Origin: a virus
Reading direction: 5' to 3' (one strand)
IMG/VR virus record: IMGVR_UViG_3300021478_000216
Coordinates: 1-64,000 of that record
Length of the DNA stretch: 64,000 nt
Shown: positions 8,339 through 17,887 of the stretch, piece after piece
Layout: each line of letters begins with the position of its first letter
Numbering within the stretch: the stretch's first letter is position 1
The notes under the pieces: generated by a model
Databases searched by the model: none
The model's input: the letters and a program-made list of their open reading frames with translations, nothing else
Told to the model about the DNA's origin: nothing
Position numbers and translations under genes: made by a program

Positions 8339-9270
8339 ACAGGGATCACCGGAGCCAGAGAGAGCTTGTGTGTACGCGTGTCGAAGTAGACAGGAAACTC
8401 ATCCATGTCGGCTTCTAGTCTTCCGGTAGCACTGAAGTATCGGATTCCCTTTTCGTTTGGTGACCCATCATCTTCCTCTAGGCGCTGGCCTCCGATTCGG
8501 TAAGACCACAGAGCGTCTGCCGCGTCTCCAAACACACTGCCACCACGAGCACGTCGCTGAGCAGTGTGCCCTGTATGGTGTACAAGGAGAACGTCAATGT
8601 CTCCAGCTTCGTGAGAGAGCTGGTTGAATGCTTCGACGAGAGCTCCGCCACCAGAGGAATCATTCGCATTCTCCACCAGATTGAAGACTCGGAGTAGCGG
8701 GCCTAGAGGGTCTACTACTAGGATCTTGACGTTTCGGTTTCTTAGCATTTCTGCGATAAGAGCCCTGGTACCGTCGTTAATGATGTTGAACTTCTTAGCC
8801 TGTCCGCGCAGGTTCAAGACTAGTGCGTTGCTTGGAAGGTCAAACGGGCGTGCATAGTGCTGCTGCGTCCGTTCGTCAACTTCGAGATTTACGTCTAGTA
8901 TGTGTTCGTCTGGAGCTAGTGCGACAACCGGTTGGCCTAGGAAGTCTTCGCCACGACTAAGGCTACGTACGAGATTCAGTTTTAGCGTGCTCTTGCCTGA
9001 CTTATAGCGTGCCGCTAGCAGAACAGTACCACCGTAAGGCCAAAGCTTGTTAATACGGTAGCGAGGTGTTCCGAAGTTGATTGCTATGAAGTCAGGGTAT
9101 ACTTGTGGCTCAGGAAGAGAGAACTCAGCCTCAGCGAGCATCTCTAGGAGCTTATGCCTGCCTTGTTGATCGCCGAGTTGCTGCTCTAGGTACAATTTGG
9201 CTCGCTGTGATATAGCTTTGGCACTAGGCGGCGGTACTGGAAGGTCATCGAGGTCCAATACCTCAGTCAT
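8335..9270 (-). CDS. RepA/AAA_25-type (RecA-like) helicase, no primase domain
   Basis: Walker A AARYKSGKST, Walker B LVVDP, LLVHH, RARGGS. Confidence 0.8.
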   Translation of the reverse strand: MTEVLDLDDLPVPPPSAKAISQRAKLYLEQQLGDQQGRHKLLEMLAEAEFSLPEPQVYPDFIAINFGTPRYRINKLWPYGGTVLLAARYKSGKSTLKLNLVRSLSRGEDFLGQPVVALAPDEHILDVNLEVDERTQQHYARPFDLPSNALVLNLRGQAKKFNIINDGTRALIAEMLRNRNVKILVVDPLGPLLRVFNLVENANDSSGGGALVEAFNQLSHEAGDIDVLLVHHTGHTAQRRARGGSVFGDAADALWSYRIGGQRLEEDDGSPNEKGIRYFSATGRLEADMDEFPVYFDTRTHKLSLAPVIPV

Positions 9271-9433
9271 TCTTTCTCGCTTGCGCGCTAGCAGCTGCTG
9301 ATAGTACTTGGCCTACTAGATACAGTGCTTCTATGCGTGTGAAGCCTGAGTTTACGTAAGACATAAACAGCTCGTGAGTGCTCGCAGCTGACTCCATAAG
9401 AGGAGTTATCGGGTCCTTGGGGTCATTCGGCAT
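9263..9433 (-). CDS. small phage protein (56 aa)
   Basis: Hand translation MPNDPKDPITPLMESAASTHELFMSYVNSGFTRIEALYLVGQVL...; HELF..Y..GFT..EAL pattern common in phages. Confidence 0.65.
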   Translation of the reverse strand: MPNDPKDPITPLMESAASTHELFMSYVNSGFTRIEALYLVGQVLSAAASAQARKND

Positions 9434-9680
9434 TTGGGGTCTCCTCCTTTGCGTCCTTCTTGGAAAACTGGAACTCGATGATTCCCTCTTCAGGGCTTCC
9501 CGTAGCTACACTCATTCCCTCTTGGCGTGCTCGAAGATGTAGTGCTGTCTGGAAGCTTGCAGGGCTACAGGTAAAGTCTTCATCTTGCTTGGCTCTCCAG
9601 ACTGCACCGTCTGTCCATTTGTCCCAAGGGTAGTAACGACGCCTTCTCGGTGCAGAGACGTCTTCGACACGCTCAGCCAT
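9423..9680 (-). CDS. small putative DNA-binding protein ('YxWxxxTDG' family)
   Basis: RRRYYPWDKWTDGAVWRAKQDEDF...IEFQFSK; first gene after the leftward promoter. Confidence 0.72.
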   Translation of the reverse strand: MAERVEDVSAPRRRRYYPWDKWTDGAVWRAKQDEDFTCSPASFQTALHLRARQEGMSVATGSPEEGIIEFQFSKKDAKEETPNAE

Positions 9681-9722
9681 TCGAACTGGGTCCTTTCAGG
9701 AAATTTTGTTTCTATATCTAAA

Positions 9723-9759
9723 ATTATATCACAGATTTTAGGGATAAGCAATAGGCTCC
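9723..9759 (-). promoter_or_regulatory. leftward promoter TTGCTT-17-TATAAT with upstream GGAGCCTA
   Basis: Read directly on the minus strand. Confidence 0.75.
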
Positions 9760-9794
9760 TATAAAGTTTATAGAAACTTTATGGTTAGTTACGC

Positions 9795-9823
9795 TTGTGG
9801 TCTACTCGTTACTATGCTATAAT
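9795..9823 (+). promoter_or_regulatory. rightward (virion operon) promoter TTGTGG-17-TATAAT with extended -10
   Basis: Divergent from the 9723 promoter; GGAGG RBS then ATG 9855. Confidence 0.7.
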
Positions 9824-9854
9824 TAAGAGAAGAGCAGCTTGAGCTGGAGGCAAG

Positions 9855-10139
9855 ATGTCGATCGGTCATGGGCTTGTAACCGTTACGACGGCAGCCGCAC
9901 AGATCATCTGCACTTCTAACCAGCCTGTGCTGATGCAGAATATTGGCGCTAACCCTGTGACTATTGGCGGTCCAGGTGTTACTGTAGGTCACGGCGTGAC
10001 GTTGCCCGCTAACATGACCTCACCGATATCGGTTCCTTGTGTCGGAGGCTCTGGGACTCCTCTAGGCGTGCCTATCTATGGAACCGCATCAGGTGGCTCT
10101 TCTAACGTTGTCTTCTTGACTGCTACTTGGGACGGTTGA
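9855..10139 (+). CDS. putative virion beta-rich protein
   Basis: QNIGANPVTIGGPGVTVG; paralogous to 10874..11338. Confidence 0.6.
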   Translation: MSIGHGLVTVTTAAAQIICTSNQPVLMQNIGANPVTIGGPGVTVGHGVTLPANMTSPISVPCVGGSGTPLGVPIYGTASGGSSNVVFLTATWDG

Positions 10140-10140
10140 T

Positions 10141-10335
10141 ATGTCTAACGCGCATGCACAGCAGTACTACTTCGGAGCAGGGACTGAAACGAGCGCAGGC
10201 TCCGGTGCGATCGATTCGTACGACCTAGTGATGGACGAACCGAGTGCTCTGTCCGATCCTACGGTCGAGACTCAGGCTCCGCAGCCTGGTCTGAATGCTC
10301 CGATCTCTCAGGACAAGCGGAGGGGGTCCTCATGA
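10141..10335 (+). CDS. small acidic protein (MS[DN]xH family)
   Basis: MSNAHAQQYY... Confidence 0.6.
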   Translation: MSNAHAQQYYFGAGTETSAGSGAIDSYDLVMDEPSALSDPTVETQAPQPGLNAPISQDKRRGSS

Positions 10336-10586
10336 GCGATCAGCACGCGCAAGGGTACTACGCAGCTCCTGGTCGCGAGACTAACTATCAGACCCATTCG
10401 GTCGAGAGCTGGTCGCTTGACTCCCAGATGGTTGGTCCGACTAGTGGGGTCTTTGACGGCCCAAGCTCCGGCGTCGGTACTAACGCAGTAAACATGGTAG
10501 GCCTTAGCCGGGCAGACCCCAACTCACTGGTGAACTCGGGCGCAGGTCCGATTCCACCAGGCTACGGCGTGATCCCGACTATCTAG
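10332..10586 (+). CDS. small acidic protein (MS[DN]xH family)
   Basis: MSDQHAQGYY... Confidence 0.6.
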   Translation: MSDQHAQGYYAAPGRETNYQTHSVESWSLDSQMVGPTSGVFDGPSSGVGTNAVNMVGLSRADPNSLVNSGAGPIPPGYGVIPTI

Positions 10587-10595
10587 GAGACAGTA

Positions 10596-10874
10596 ATGTC
10601 CGATGCGCACGGGGCGGCGTATAACCACTCGCCCGAAGTCAACAAGCAGTCAGGCGATCTGCCTTTCTGGCAGGACAACAAGGACGATTGGGGCGGCTAT
10701 GGCGGCCCAGCGGGCCTGCCGATGGAGTCTCACAACGACGGTGACAACGATACCGACGACATCGGTACGTACGGTTCGATCCCACGACCTGTCGAGAACC
10801 AGGCGTTCGGGCAGACCAACGGCTTTCTGACGCCAGGACAACGAGGCTATGACTCCGGCGGAGGCTGGAACTAG
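10596..10874 (+). CDS. small acidic protein (MS[DN]xH family)
   Basis: MSDAHGAAYN...; AGGAG RBS. Confidence 0.6.
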   Translation: MSDAHGAAYNHSPEVNKQSGDLPFWQDNKDDWGGYGGPAGLPMESHNDGDNDTDDIGTYGSIPRPVENQAFGQTNGFLTPGQRGYDSGGGWN

Positions 10875-11338
10875 TGTCAGGGTTTTCCACACCCGGAGTT
10901 CTTTCATCAGCGACGCTGTTGTGTCCTAACGGCGCTGCGGTTGCTCTGATGAACCAGGGACCCAACCCAGTATCTGTAGGCGGAGCTGGTGTAACCGTCG
11001 GTACGTTCGTGTATCAGCTACCTGCAGCTATGCAGGAGCCAATGTACCTGAACGAACCTCCCTTCAATGTACCCGATGCTAACATCTACGGGATCACGAC
11101 GTATCCTGCGGTACCTGGTTCGACTGTTAATGCGACTAACACAGGATCGGGTCCTGTATCGGTGACGATCGCCGGCGGAACTCTGACCTCTGTTAAGGTG
11201 AACGGTGTCCAGGTAGGCACAACTGTAGGGACCTACGTAGTCCCAGCTGGTCAGACCATCTCGATCACGTATACAGTTGCGCCTACGTGGGTATGGCCGG
11301 CTCCGGTTCTAGCTTATACGGCGGCGCAAGGGTCCTAG
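10874..11338 (+). CDS. putative virion beta-rich protein
   Basis: MNQGPNPVSVGGAGVTVG; Thr/Val/Gly rich. Confidence 0.6.
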   Translation: MSGFSTPGVLSSATLLCPNGAAVALMNQGPNPVSVGGAGVTVGTFVYQLPAAMQEPMYLNEPPFNVPDANIYGITTYPAVPGSTVNATNTGSGPVSVTIAGGTLTSVKVNGVQVGTTVGTYVVPAGQTISITYTVAPTWVWPAPVLAYTAAQGS

Positions 11339-13053
11339 TGGAACGAACTGGATACTTCTTCGATAACGATCCGGGATTTGCCTCAGACGGCGAACCGGTA
11401 GATCTTTGGTATCCGGAGTTTCTGCTTAAGCTAATCGATCGTCCTCAGGGTCCGCGGTGGTTTCAGGACTATCTTCGGACCTTGGACAGAGACGTTCTTT
11501 CAGGCAACGACTGTCACGTGCGTGCTCAGCTGTCCAAGAACGACCCGCTACTGTTTGCTCTAACCTACTTGTCTCACCACCTGTACTCGATTGAGACAGG
11601 TGACAAGCTTTCCTTTGCTGAGTTTCATCTCGATCTGCTGGAACATGCTAAGTCCTGGCTACAGAAGTCACGTGTGCCCCGGGAACATCGAGATGCGTAC
11701 GTAGCTCCTCGTGGTGTCGGAAAGAGTACTTGGCTATTCCAGATTCTGCCCGTTTGGGCTGCTGCGCACGGCCATGTTAAGTTTATTGTTGCGTTCTCCG
11801 ACTCAGCTGATCAGGCTAAGAACCATCTTGCTACGATTCGTGGCGAGTTCGACATGAACGACCTTCTTATTCAGGATTTCCCAGACCTGTGTGAGCCTAA
11901 GGTACGTCGTCAGGGTGGCCCTGTCGGTAAGAAGCTGGTCGCGAGTCGGGTTGACATGATCGAGCAGCGCAATGGCTTCGTCATGGTGGCTAAGGGTTCT
12001 GGAACAGCTGCGCGCGGTCTGAAGGTTGGTAAGCAGCGTCCCGACCTGATCGTGCTCGACGATATCGAGCCTGGTGAGGAAAAGTATAGCCCGACGCTAA
12101 TGCGCCAGCGTCTTAGGTGGATGCTTGAAACTGTTTTTCACCTGAACGAGTTCGCGCGCGTCATCATCGTAGGGACTGTAACAGCTCCAGGATCGATCAT
12201 GCACCAGATGGTTGAATCGGAGTTGCATCCTGAAACGGTCGAAGACGCTTGGATCGATGATCAGAACATTCAGGTTCATTACTACGAGCCTATCCTCCTG
12301 AATGACGACGGTACTGAGCGTTCTTGCTGGCCTGGCAAGTGGTCGTTGGAGTACCTCAAGAAGCATGAGCACACACGCGAGTACAAGAAGGAGTTCAAGA
12401 ACCAGCCTGTCTCGATGAATGGGACGTACTGGTCTGAAGAGGACTATGTCTATGTAGACTTGCCCTGTGTTCGTACTGTGCTAGCGATAGACCCCGCAGT
12501 CACTTCGCATGAGAACTCTCACGATACTGCTATCGCGATCGTAGGTCTCTGGCACCCTAAGGCAGGATTGTCGCTTGACGATGTGATTGTTCCGTCTAGT
12601 CTTCAAGGTAACATGCTGCAGCCGAAGGTTGTAGTTAGGTTCGCGACTATCGTGAAACTGCCTCCGAAGCAGCTGCGTGACACTGTTATGTGGTATCTCG
12701 AGCAGTGGCCTGAGATCGGCGAGGTTGTCGTAGAGTCGAACCAAGGTGGAGACACCTGGACTATGGTGTTTCACCACATGCCTGTCAAGATGAAGCTTTC
12801 CTGGAGCGGTCTTAAGAAGTCTGTCCGTCAGGTGCGACTTCTGAATCTATACCAGCGTGGCCGAATAACTCACTCGATGCGACTGTCTAGGCTGGAGCAG
12901 TCGCAGTGTTCTTACGACGGCAGCGAAGACAAGGATATCCTGGATGCTGTTGAGATAGGCGTTAGACACTTCATAACTGCTCCTAAGGTCCTTAGAGGCG
13001 GAACTTACAGCTACGGCCGTAGGACACCTGTGGGGGTGAGCAGCGATGACTGA
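11338..13053 (+). CDS. terL: terminase large subunit
   Basis: Walker A APRGVGKST, Walker B LIVLDD, RNase H-like AIDPA and DILDA; GTG start overlapping the upstream stop. Confidence 0.92.
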   Translation: MERTGYFFDNDPGFASDGEPVDLWYPEFLLKLIDRPQGPRWFQDYLRTLDRDVLSGNDCHVRAQLSKNDPLLFALTYLSHHLYSIETGDKLSFAEFHLDLLEHAKSWLQKSRVPREHRDAYVAPRGVGKSTWLFQILPVWAAAHGHVKFIVAFSDSADQAKNHLATIRGEFDMNDLLIQDFPDLCEPKVRRQGGPVGKKLVASRVDMIEQRNGFVMVAKGSGTAARGLKVGKQRPDLIVLDDIEPGEEKYSPTLMRQRLRWMLETVFHLNEFARVIIVGTVTAPGSIMHQMVESELHPETVEDAWIDDQNIQVHYYEPILLNDDGTERSCWPGKWSLEYLKKHEHTREYKKEFKNQPVSMNGTYWSEEDYVYVDLPCVRTVLAIDPAVTSHENSHDTAIAIVGLWHPKAGLSLDDVIVPSSLQGNMLQPKVVVRFATIVKLPPKQLRDTVMWYLEQWPEIGEVVVESNQGGDTWTMVFHHMPVKMKLSWSGLKKSVRQVRLLNLYQRGRITHSMRLSRLEQSQCSYDGSEDKDILDAVEIGVRHFITAPKVLRGGTYSYGRRTPVGVSSDD

Positions 13054-14572
13054 CATCATGCATGGCCAGATGATGCCAGGCAATACGTTCCTCGGCATGG
13101 CGATTCCTCGTCCGGCCCCTGAGCCTTACAACGACCCCGGCGCTGATCTGCGTAACGGGATTTTGAGTCTTGATGAAGCCCAGCCCGACTTCGTGAAGGC
13201 TATTCAGTACTACAATGGATCTATGCCGGAGTTCTTTGCTTCGCTGCGTCTGCGCATTGCGATGGGTGCAACGGGTGTGGTGTTCAACTTCAACTTCGCT
13301 AAGCTGCCTGTAGATGCTGTTGCTGAACGTCTCGAAGTAGCGTCGATCTTTTCGGACGACAAGGCTGCTGTTGATATTATTCGGCAGGCTTGGAAGGACA
13401 ACCAGCTAGACCTTCACGCACCAGATGTGATGAAGAAGGCTTGTAAGCTCGGTGACGCTTATATGTTCGTCTGGCCGAATGTTGATGGTCAGACGGATTC
13501 TGAAGGCAACCAGCTGTCGGTGGACATCTTTTACCAGTCGCCACGCGTCATGCGGGTGTTCTACGACGACGAGAACGAAAACCGTAAGCGTTATGCGATC
13601 AAGCGGTGGCAGGACCCTAACAGTGGGTTTACGTTTGCTAACCTGTACTACCCGGATCGTGTTGAGAAGTATATGCTTGCTCCTACACCTCAGTCAGGCC
13701 AGAAGCCAAAGTGGGAGAAGCGCCTAGACGAGGGCGACAATGGCCAGTGGCCTGTTGATAACCCATTCGGTGAAGTTCCTGTTTTCCACTTCCGTAATGA
13801 ATACCCCTACGGAGTGCCAGAGCATGTCAACGCTTATGGTCCGCAGGATGCTATCCACAAGCTGGTAGTCAGCCATATGGCCTCGGTCGACTACAACGCG
13901 TTTCCGCAGCGATACGCTATCATGGACCCTGCGTACGACACGTCCGAAGCGGCTATGGGAGACGAAGGCGAGTTCGCGTTCTCGATCGACTCAGGTGCTA
14001 CGCTAGATCAGGGTATGGATCCGAAGTCGCAGTTGACAGCCGACCCCGCCTCGGTCTGGTTCATGAAGGGGATCACGTCCTACGGACAGTTCCCTGTAGG
14101 CGACCCAACAGCATTTCTCAACCCGTTCATGCAGTATGTGCATGCGATGGCAGTTATTTCACAGACTCCGATGCATTTCCTCGATCCAATCGTGTCAAAT
14201 GTGTCGGGAGAGTCCCTTAGGGTGCTAGAAGCGCCTTTCGCGAAGAAGGTGCGCAATCGTCAGATGTCGTTTGGTGCGACCTGGCGAGATATTTTCAGGT
14301 TCGTGTTGAAGATTCGCGGCCAGACGGTTCCTGCGGATGTAACTATCCACTGGGTCCCGGCAGCTACAGTTAACGACCTGAATACCTTGCAGGGACAGGC
14401 AATAAAGGAACAGCTCGGGGTGCCTCCTAGGCAACTCTTGGAGGAGCAGGGAGACACAGCTAAGCAGCTCGACACGTGGGGAGTCACGATCGAGTTTAGG
14501 ACGGGTAATACCGGTCAAGGCTTCTCCACAGAAGCTGATACTGGTGAGCCGGGAACTAGCGAGGAAGTGTGA
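13046..14572 (+). CDS. portal protein (SPP1 gp6-like)
   Basis: Follows TerL; YYNG, NFAKLPVDAVAERL, NPFGEVPVFHFRN, SGESLR. Confidence 0.9.
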   Translation: MTDIMHGQMMPGNTFLGMAIPRPAPEPYNDPGADLRNGILSLDEAQPDFVKAIQYYNGSMPEFFASLRLRIAMGATGVVFNFNFAKLPVDAVAERLEVASIFSDDKAAVDIIRQAWKDNQLDLHAPDVMKKACKLGDAYMFVWPNVDGQTDSEGNQLSVDIFYQSPRVMRVFYDDENENRKRYAIKRWQDPNSGFTFANLYYPDRVEKYMLAPTPQSGQKPKWEKRLDEGDNGQWPVDNPFGEVPVFHFRNEYPYGVPEHVNAYGPQDAIHKLVVSHMASVDYNAFPQRYAIMDPAYDTSEAAMGDEGEFAFSIDSGATLDQGMDPKSQLTADPASVWFMKGITSYGQFPVGDPTAFLNPFMQYVHAMAVISQTPMHFLDPIVSNVSGESLRVLEAPFAKKVRNRQMSFGATWRDIFRFVLKIRGQTVPADVTIHWVPAATVNDLNTLQGQAIKEQLGVPPRQLLEEQGDTAKQLDTWGVTIEFRTGNTGQGFSTEADTGEPGTSEEV

Positions 14573-14593
14573 TGCTTCCAATAGGAGGGCGAG

Positions 14594-15346
14594 ATGCCTG
14601 GTAGGCCGCAGAACAACGACGTTAACGACGATGTCACTGACGACGACGTTACCGACGATACTTCTGGTGACGACACGACTGACGACGTAACCGACAACGC
14701 TACGGACGACAGCGCGGATAATCAGGACCAGCAGGACGATACTCAGGATGACACTCAGCAGGACCAGGGCAGGAAGCCTAGGTCTCGCACGCAGCAGGGT
14801 CAGAACCAGAATCAGTCCAAGCAGGATCCTGACGACCCGATGGCTGGTCTGAGAAAGGCGTTGCAGGCTGCTAGGCAGGATGCGCGTAAGGCTACAGCCG
14901 ATCTTAAGGCGCTTCAGCGCCAACACGCGTCGGCAGAAGAACGTGCGCTACTCGACGCCAAGGAGCAAGGTATCGAAGAAGGCAGAACTGCTACTCGTGA
15001 GCCTCTAGTAAGGGCTCTTGTGGCTGCGAAGCTGGAAGCGGCCGGAGTACAAGGCACTAATACTCCTAGGCTCGTAAGGCTGTTGGATCTCGACAAGATC
15101 GACCTGGACGCTGAGGGCGACATTGTCGGTCTCGACGACCAGGTCGACGAGCTCAAGACTGAGTTCCCCAACCTGTTCGCGCCTGCGGGCAGTAACGGGA
15201 CTCGAGCACCGAACGTGAACGGCGGAGCCGGTAACGGGCGGACGAAGGACAAGCAGGACCGCCAGGAGCCAAAGGGCTTCGCACAGCAGTTGGCGGATAT
15301 GGTCACAGGATCAGCTCCCGTAGGCCAAGGTCTAGTAGGTAGGTAA
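14594..15346 (+). CDS. capsid scaffolding protein
   Basis: Asp-rich disordered N-terminus, coiled coil, LKTEFPNLF; between portal and MCP. Confidence 0.8.
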   Translation: MPGRPQNNDVNDDVTDDDVTDDTSGDDTTDDVTDNATDDSADNQDQQDDTQDDTQQDQGRKPRSRTQQGQNQNQSKQDPDDPMAGLRKALQAARQDARKATADLKALQRQHASAEERALLDAKEQGIEEGRTATREPLVRALVAAKLEAAGVQGTNTPRLVRLLDLDKIDLDAEGDIVGLDDQVDELKTEFPNLFAPAGSNGTRAPNVNGGAGNGRTKDKQDRQEPKGFAQQLADMVTGSAPVGQGLVGR

Positions 15347-15389
15347 GTCGGCCACCGCTGGGTGACGACTTTGATAAAGGAGGTGAAGC

Positions 15390-16427
15390 GTGGCTCAGTC
15401 CACGTTTACCAACTGGATCCCGGTTGAATACGGGGCCCAGGTGATCCAGAGGGTCACCCAGCACAGTGCTGTTGAGTCGTTCGGCCAGCAGATCATGATG
15501 ACGTCCAACTCGCGCTACGTGTCGCGTGACCAGGGTGTTCAGGCTGGCCTTGTGACCAAGGGCAGCACCTACGCGGTCGGCGGCGGTACTCAGGGCTTCG
15601 GTACCAACGACGACGCTGAGGATGCAGTGCTTCTGACCGCCGGTAAGTGGGGCACAGAAGTTGACATCGCCGAGGAAGACATCATGGACTCCCTCGCTGA
15701 CATCATCAACTCCAAGTCCAACGCGATCGGTACTGCTCTCGCCAAGGTCTATGACAATGCGTCTATTGGCGTCAACGCAGCTCCGGGTGCGACGAATGCT
15801 CAGACCACGTCAGTGTACTACGGTCTGACTCATACCAACGCGGCCGACAGCTACACCGCGAACACGAACTACAGCGCGGGAGCGGCTAACTCCCACGGTG
15901 CGGTCACGTACGCGCAGCTCTCCACGTCGCTGGGTCAGGTCGAGCAGGGTGACTACTTTAACGAGGAGGACATGATCTGCATTGCTCACCCGTACTTCCG
16001 GCAGCAGCTGCGAGGTATCGTGGACGGGCAGAGCCGACCGATCTTCCAGGAGTCGTCAGGAGGGTTCCCGGGTGGCGGCCAGGGTCCGACGCCTGACCTG
16101 ATCTTCCGCATTCCGGTGTTCTGGAGTCTGGGTGCGACGGTTACGGCGACCCCGTTGTCGACGTACGCAACGCCGAACTACGCAGGCTCGTCAGGCTCTG
16201 CCGCGGCTGGGACGGCGGGTAACCGTCTTCTCATCTTCTGTAACCGTCTGTACCTGCTTGCGGGTAAGAGGACCACGAACCCGAATAACCCGCAGGCTAC
16301 GCCCGAGTTCCAGATCGTGCCACCTATGTACTCCGGCACGGACACGACCATCCTGCGTGGTCGCATGAGGCGCGCGTTCTCGATGGGTATCGAGTTCGCG
16401 TTCTCCATCTTCGAGGCTGTCAACTAG
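15390..16427 (+). CDS. major capsid protein (HK97 fold)
   Basis: Strong RBS, WIPVEY, LRGIVDGQSRPIF; followed by a hairpin. Confidence 0.85.
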   Translation: MAQSTFTNWIPVEYGAQVIQRVTQHSAVESFGQQIMMTSNSRYVSRDQGVQAGLVTKGSTYAVGGGTQGFGTNDDAEDAVLLTAGKWGTEVDIAEEDIMDSLADIINSKSNAIGTALAKVYDNASIGVNAAPGATNAQTTSVYYGLTHTNAADSYTANTNYSAGAANSHGAVTYAQLSTSLGQVEQGDYFNEEDMICIAHPYFRQQLRGIVDGQSRPIFQESSGGFPGGGQGPTPDLIFRIPVFWSLGATVTATPLSTYATPNYAGSSGSAAAGTAGNRLLIFCNRLYLLAGKRTTNPNNPQATPEFQIVPPMYSGTDTTILRGRMRRAFSMGIEFAFSIFEAVN

Positions 16428-16436
16428 GTCGGTATA

Positions 16437-16465
16437 GGACGGGCGGTATTTCAGGCCGCCCGTCC
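16437..16465 (+). terminator. stem-loop after MCP
   Basis: GGACGGGCGG / CCGCCCGTCC 10-bp inverted repeat, no U tract. Confidence 0.55.
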
Positions 16466-16487
16466 CCGTCTCGAAAGGAGGCCTTCA

Positions 16488-16820
16488 ATGACTGAGAACG
16501 AAGAAGAACTGTCGGCAGGTACAGTCAACAAGGGTGGTTCCTACCCTAAGGGCGACAAGGATGGCCCGAAGAGGGTTACTAGGCCTCGCCCCCCTAAGGA
16601 CCTCGTTGTCGACCAGTACAACCCCGACGGACTTACCCATCAGGGTGGCGGCTGGGCGGTATTCGAGTATCCTTCTCCAGGTGAGATGGAGCCTAGCATC
16701 GAGGCTGTACGTCATCACGTCGAGGACCGAGTTCGTAGGGCTGGCTATGTCATCGATGGTGACGTAGTAGCTTACAACAAGGATGACGAGAGCTTTCGCG
16801 TCGCAGTACGTTACGCATAA
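16488..16820 (+). CDS. hypothetical protein
   Basis: GGAGG RBS, operon position. Confidence 0.65.
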   Translation: MTENEEELSAGTVNKGGSYPKGDKDGPKRVTRPRPPKDLVVDQYNPDGLTHQGGGWAVFEYPSPGEMEPSIEAVRHHVEDRVRRAGYVIDGDVVAYNKDDESFRVAVRYA

Positions 16821-16829
16821 GGAGATATC

Positions 16830-17246
16830 ATGACGATTCTTCTTTCGAACACGTTCGCTAACGCGCTGTTGCAGCATAGCGGAACCTCGCTTGCAGACCA
16901 GTTCGGTGGAGGAACGCTAGTTGTCTATAGCGGGACTCCACCTACAGGTCCGAACGAGGCGCTTTCAGGTAACACTGTTCTAGCTACTTTCACGTTCGCA
17001 GCAGCTACAGCCTGGGCTGCTCCTTCTGTCGGCATCGAAAATCTAGACTTCGTAGCGCAGACAGTGACTGCGACTGCTACAGGTACTGCGACGTTCTTCA
17101 GGATCCTGAACTCTGGTGCTCAAGCGTTGCTCCAGGGTACAGTTAACACCTCCGGTGGAGATTTTAACTTGTCGAGTACCGCTATCACTTCCGGTGACAA
17201 CGTGGCGATTACCGGAACACCAACAATCGCCTGGACGACAACTTAG
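16830..17246 (+). CDS. virion structural protein
   Basis: GTLVVYSGTPP...ATGTATFFRI...QGTV, a beta-rich family often seen after MCP. Confidence 0.65.
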   Translation: MTILLSNTFANALLQHSGTSLADQFGGGTLVVYSGTPPTGPNEALSGNTVLATFTFAAATAWAAPSVGIENLDFVAQTVTATATGTATFFRILNSGAQALLQGTVNTSGGDFNLSSTAITSGDNVAITGTPTIAWTTT

Positions 17247-17258
17247 AAGGGTGTAGTT

Positions 17259-17837
17259 ATGTCCTGGACTACTGGTACTCAGACGGAAGCTCTCGGCGCC
17301 AACAATGCTGTAGGGTCGTCGTTTGCCTCATTCACTGCGGCGCAGTTTATCGGTCCCTCCGCTTCGGGTTCCGGTTACCTTCCCGCGAACTTCTTCCTAC
17401 CTTCGACCGGTGTAGGAAAGTCGCTTCTAGTCAAGGCCTTCGGCGTCGTCGGAACCACCGCGACTCCTAACATCACGTTCGGTATGACCTTCAACACTGC
17501 TCAGGGCACTTACAACGGTTCAGGCATCGTCGCAACCACTGGTGCGGTAGCAGGTCCCACTTCAGGCAGCAACATGCCTTGGGAGTTCGACCTGATTATC
17601 ACCTGTTCCGCAACAGGCGCTGCCGGAACCTTCCTCGCTGATGGAGCGCTGAAGATCTACCCGACGGGTACTACGGTGCAGAACCTGCGTTGCTCTTCTT
17701 CGGCGGCGAACCCGAACACCGCGCTGTCTTTGACTACTGAGTCGGCGTACTACCTGGAGCTGTTTGCGGCCTTCTCGGCTTCGAGCGCCTCGAACAACAT
17801 TCAGTGCTACGACGTGGTAGTTCTTGGCCTGAACTAG
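17259..17837 (+). CDS. virion structural protein
   Basis: Ser/Thr/Ala/Gly-rich beta protein. Confidence 0.6.
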   Translation: MSWTTGTQTEALGANNAVGSSFASFTAAQFIGPSASGSGYLPANFFLPSTGVGKSLLVKAFGVVGTTATPNITFGMTFNTAQGTYNGSGIVATTGAVAGPTSGSNMPWEFDLIITCSATGAAGTFLADGALKIYPTGTTVQNLRCSSSAANPNTALSLTTESAYYLELFAAFSASSASNNIQCYDVVVLGLN

Positions 17838-17887
17838 ACTACCCTGTCCGGAGGAGGACAGTTCTTTCGAGCTGAGGTGATGCCGAC

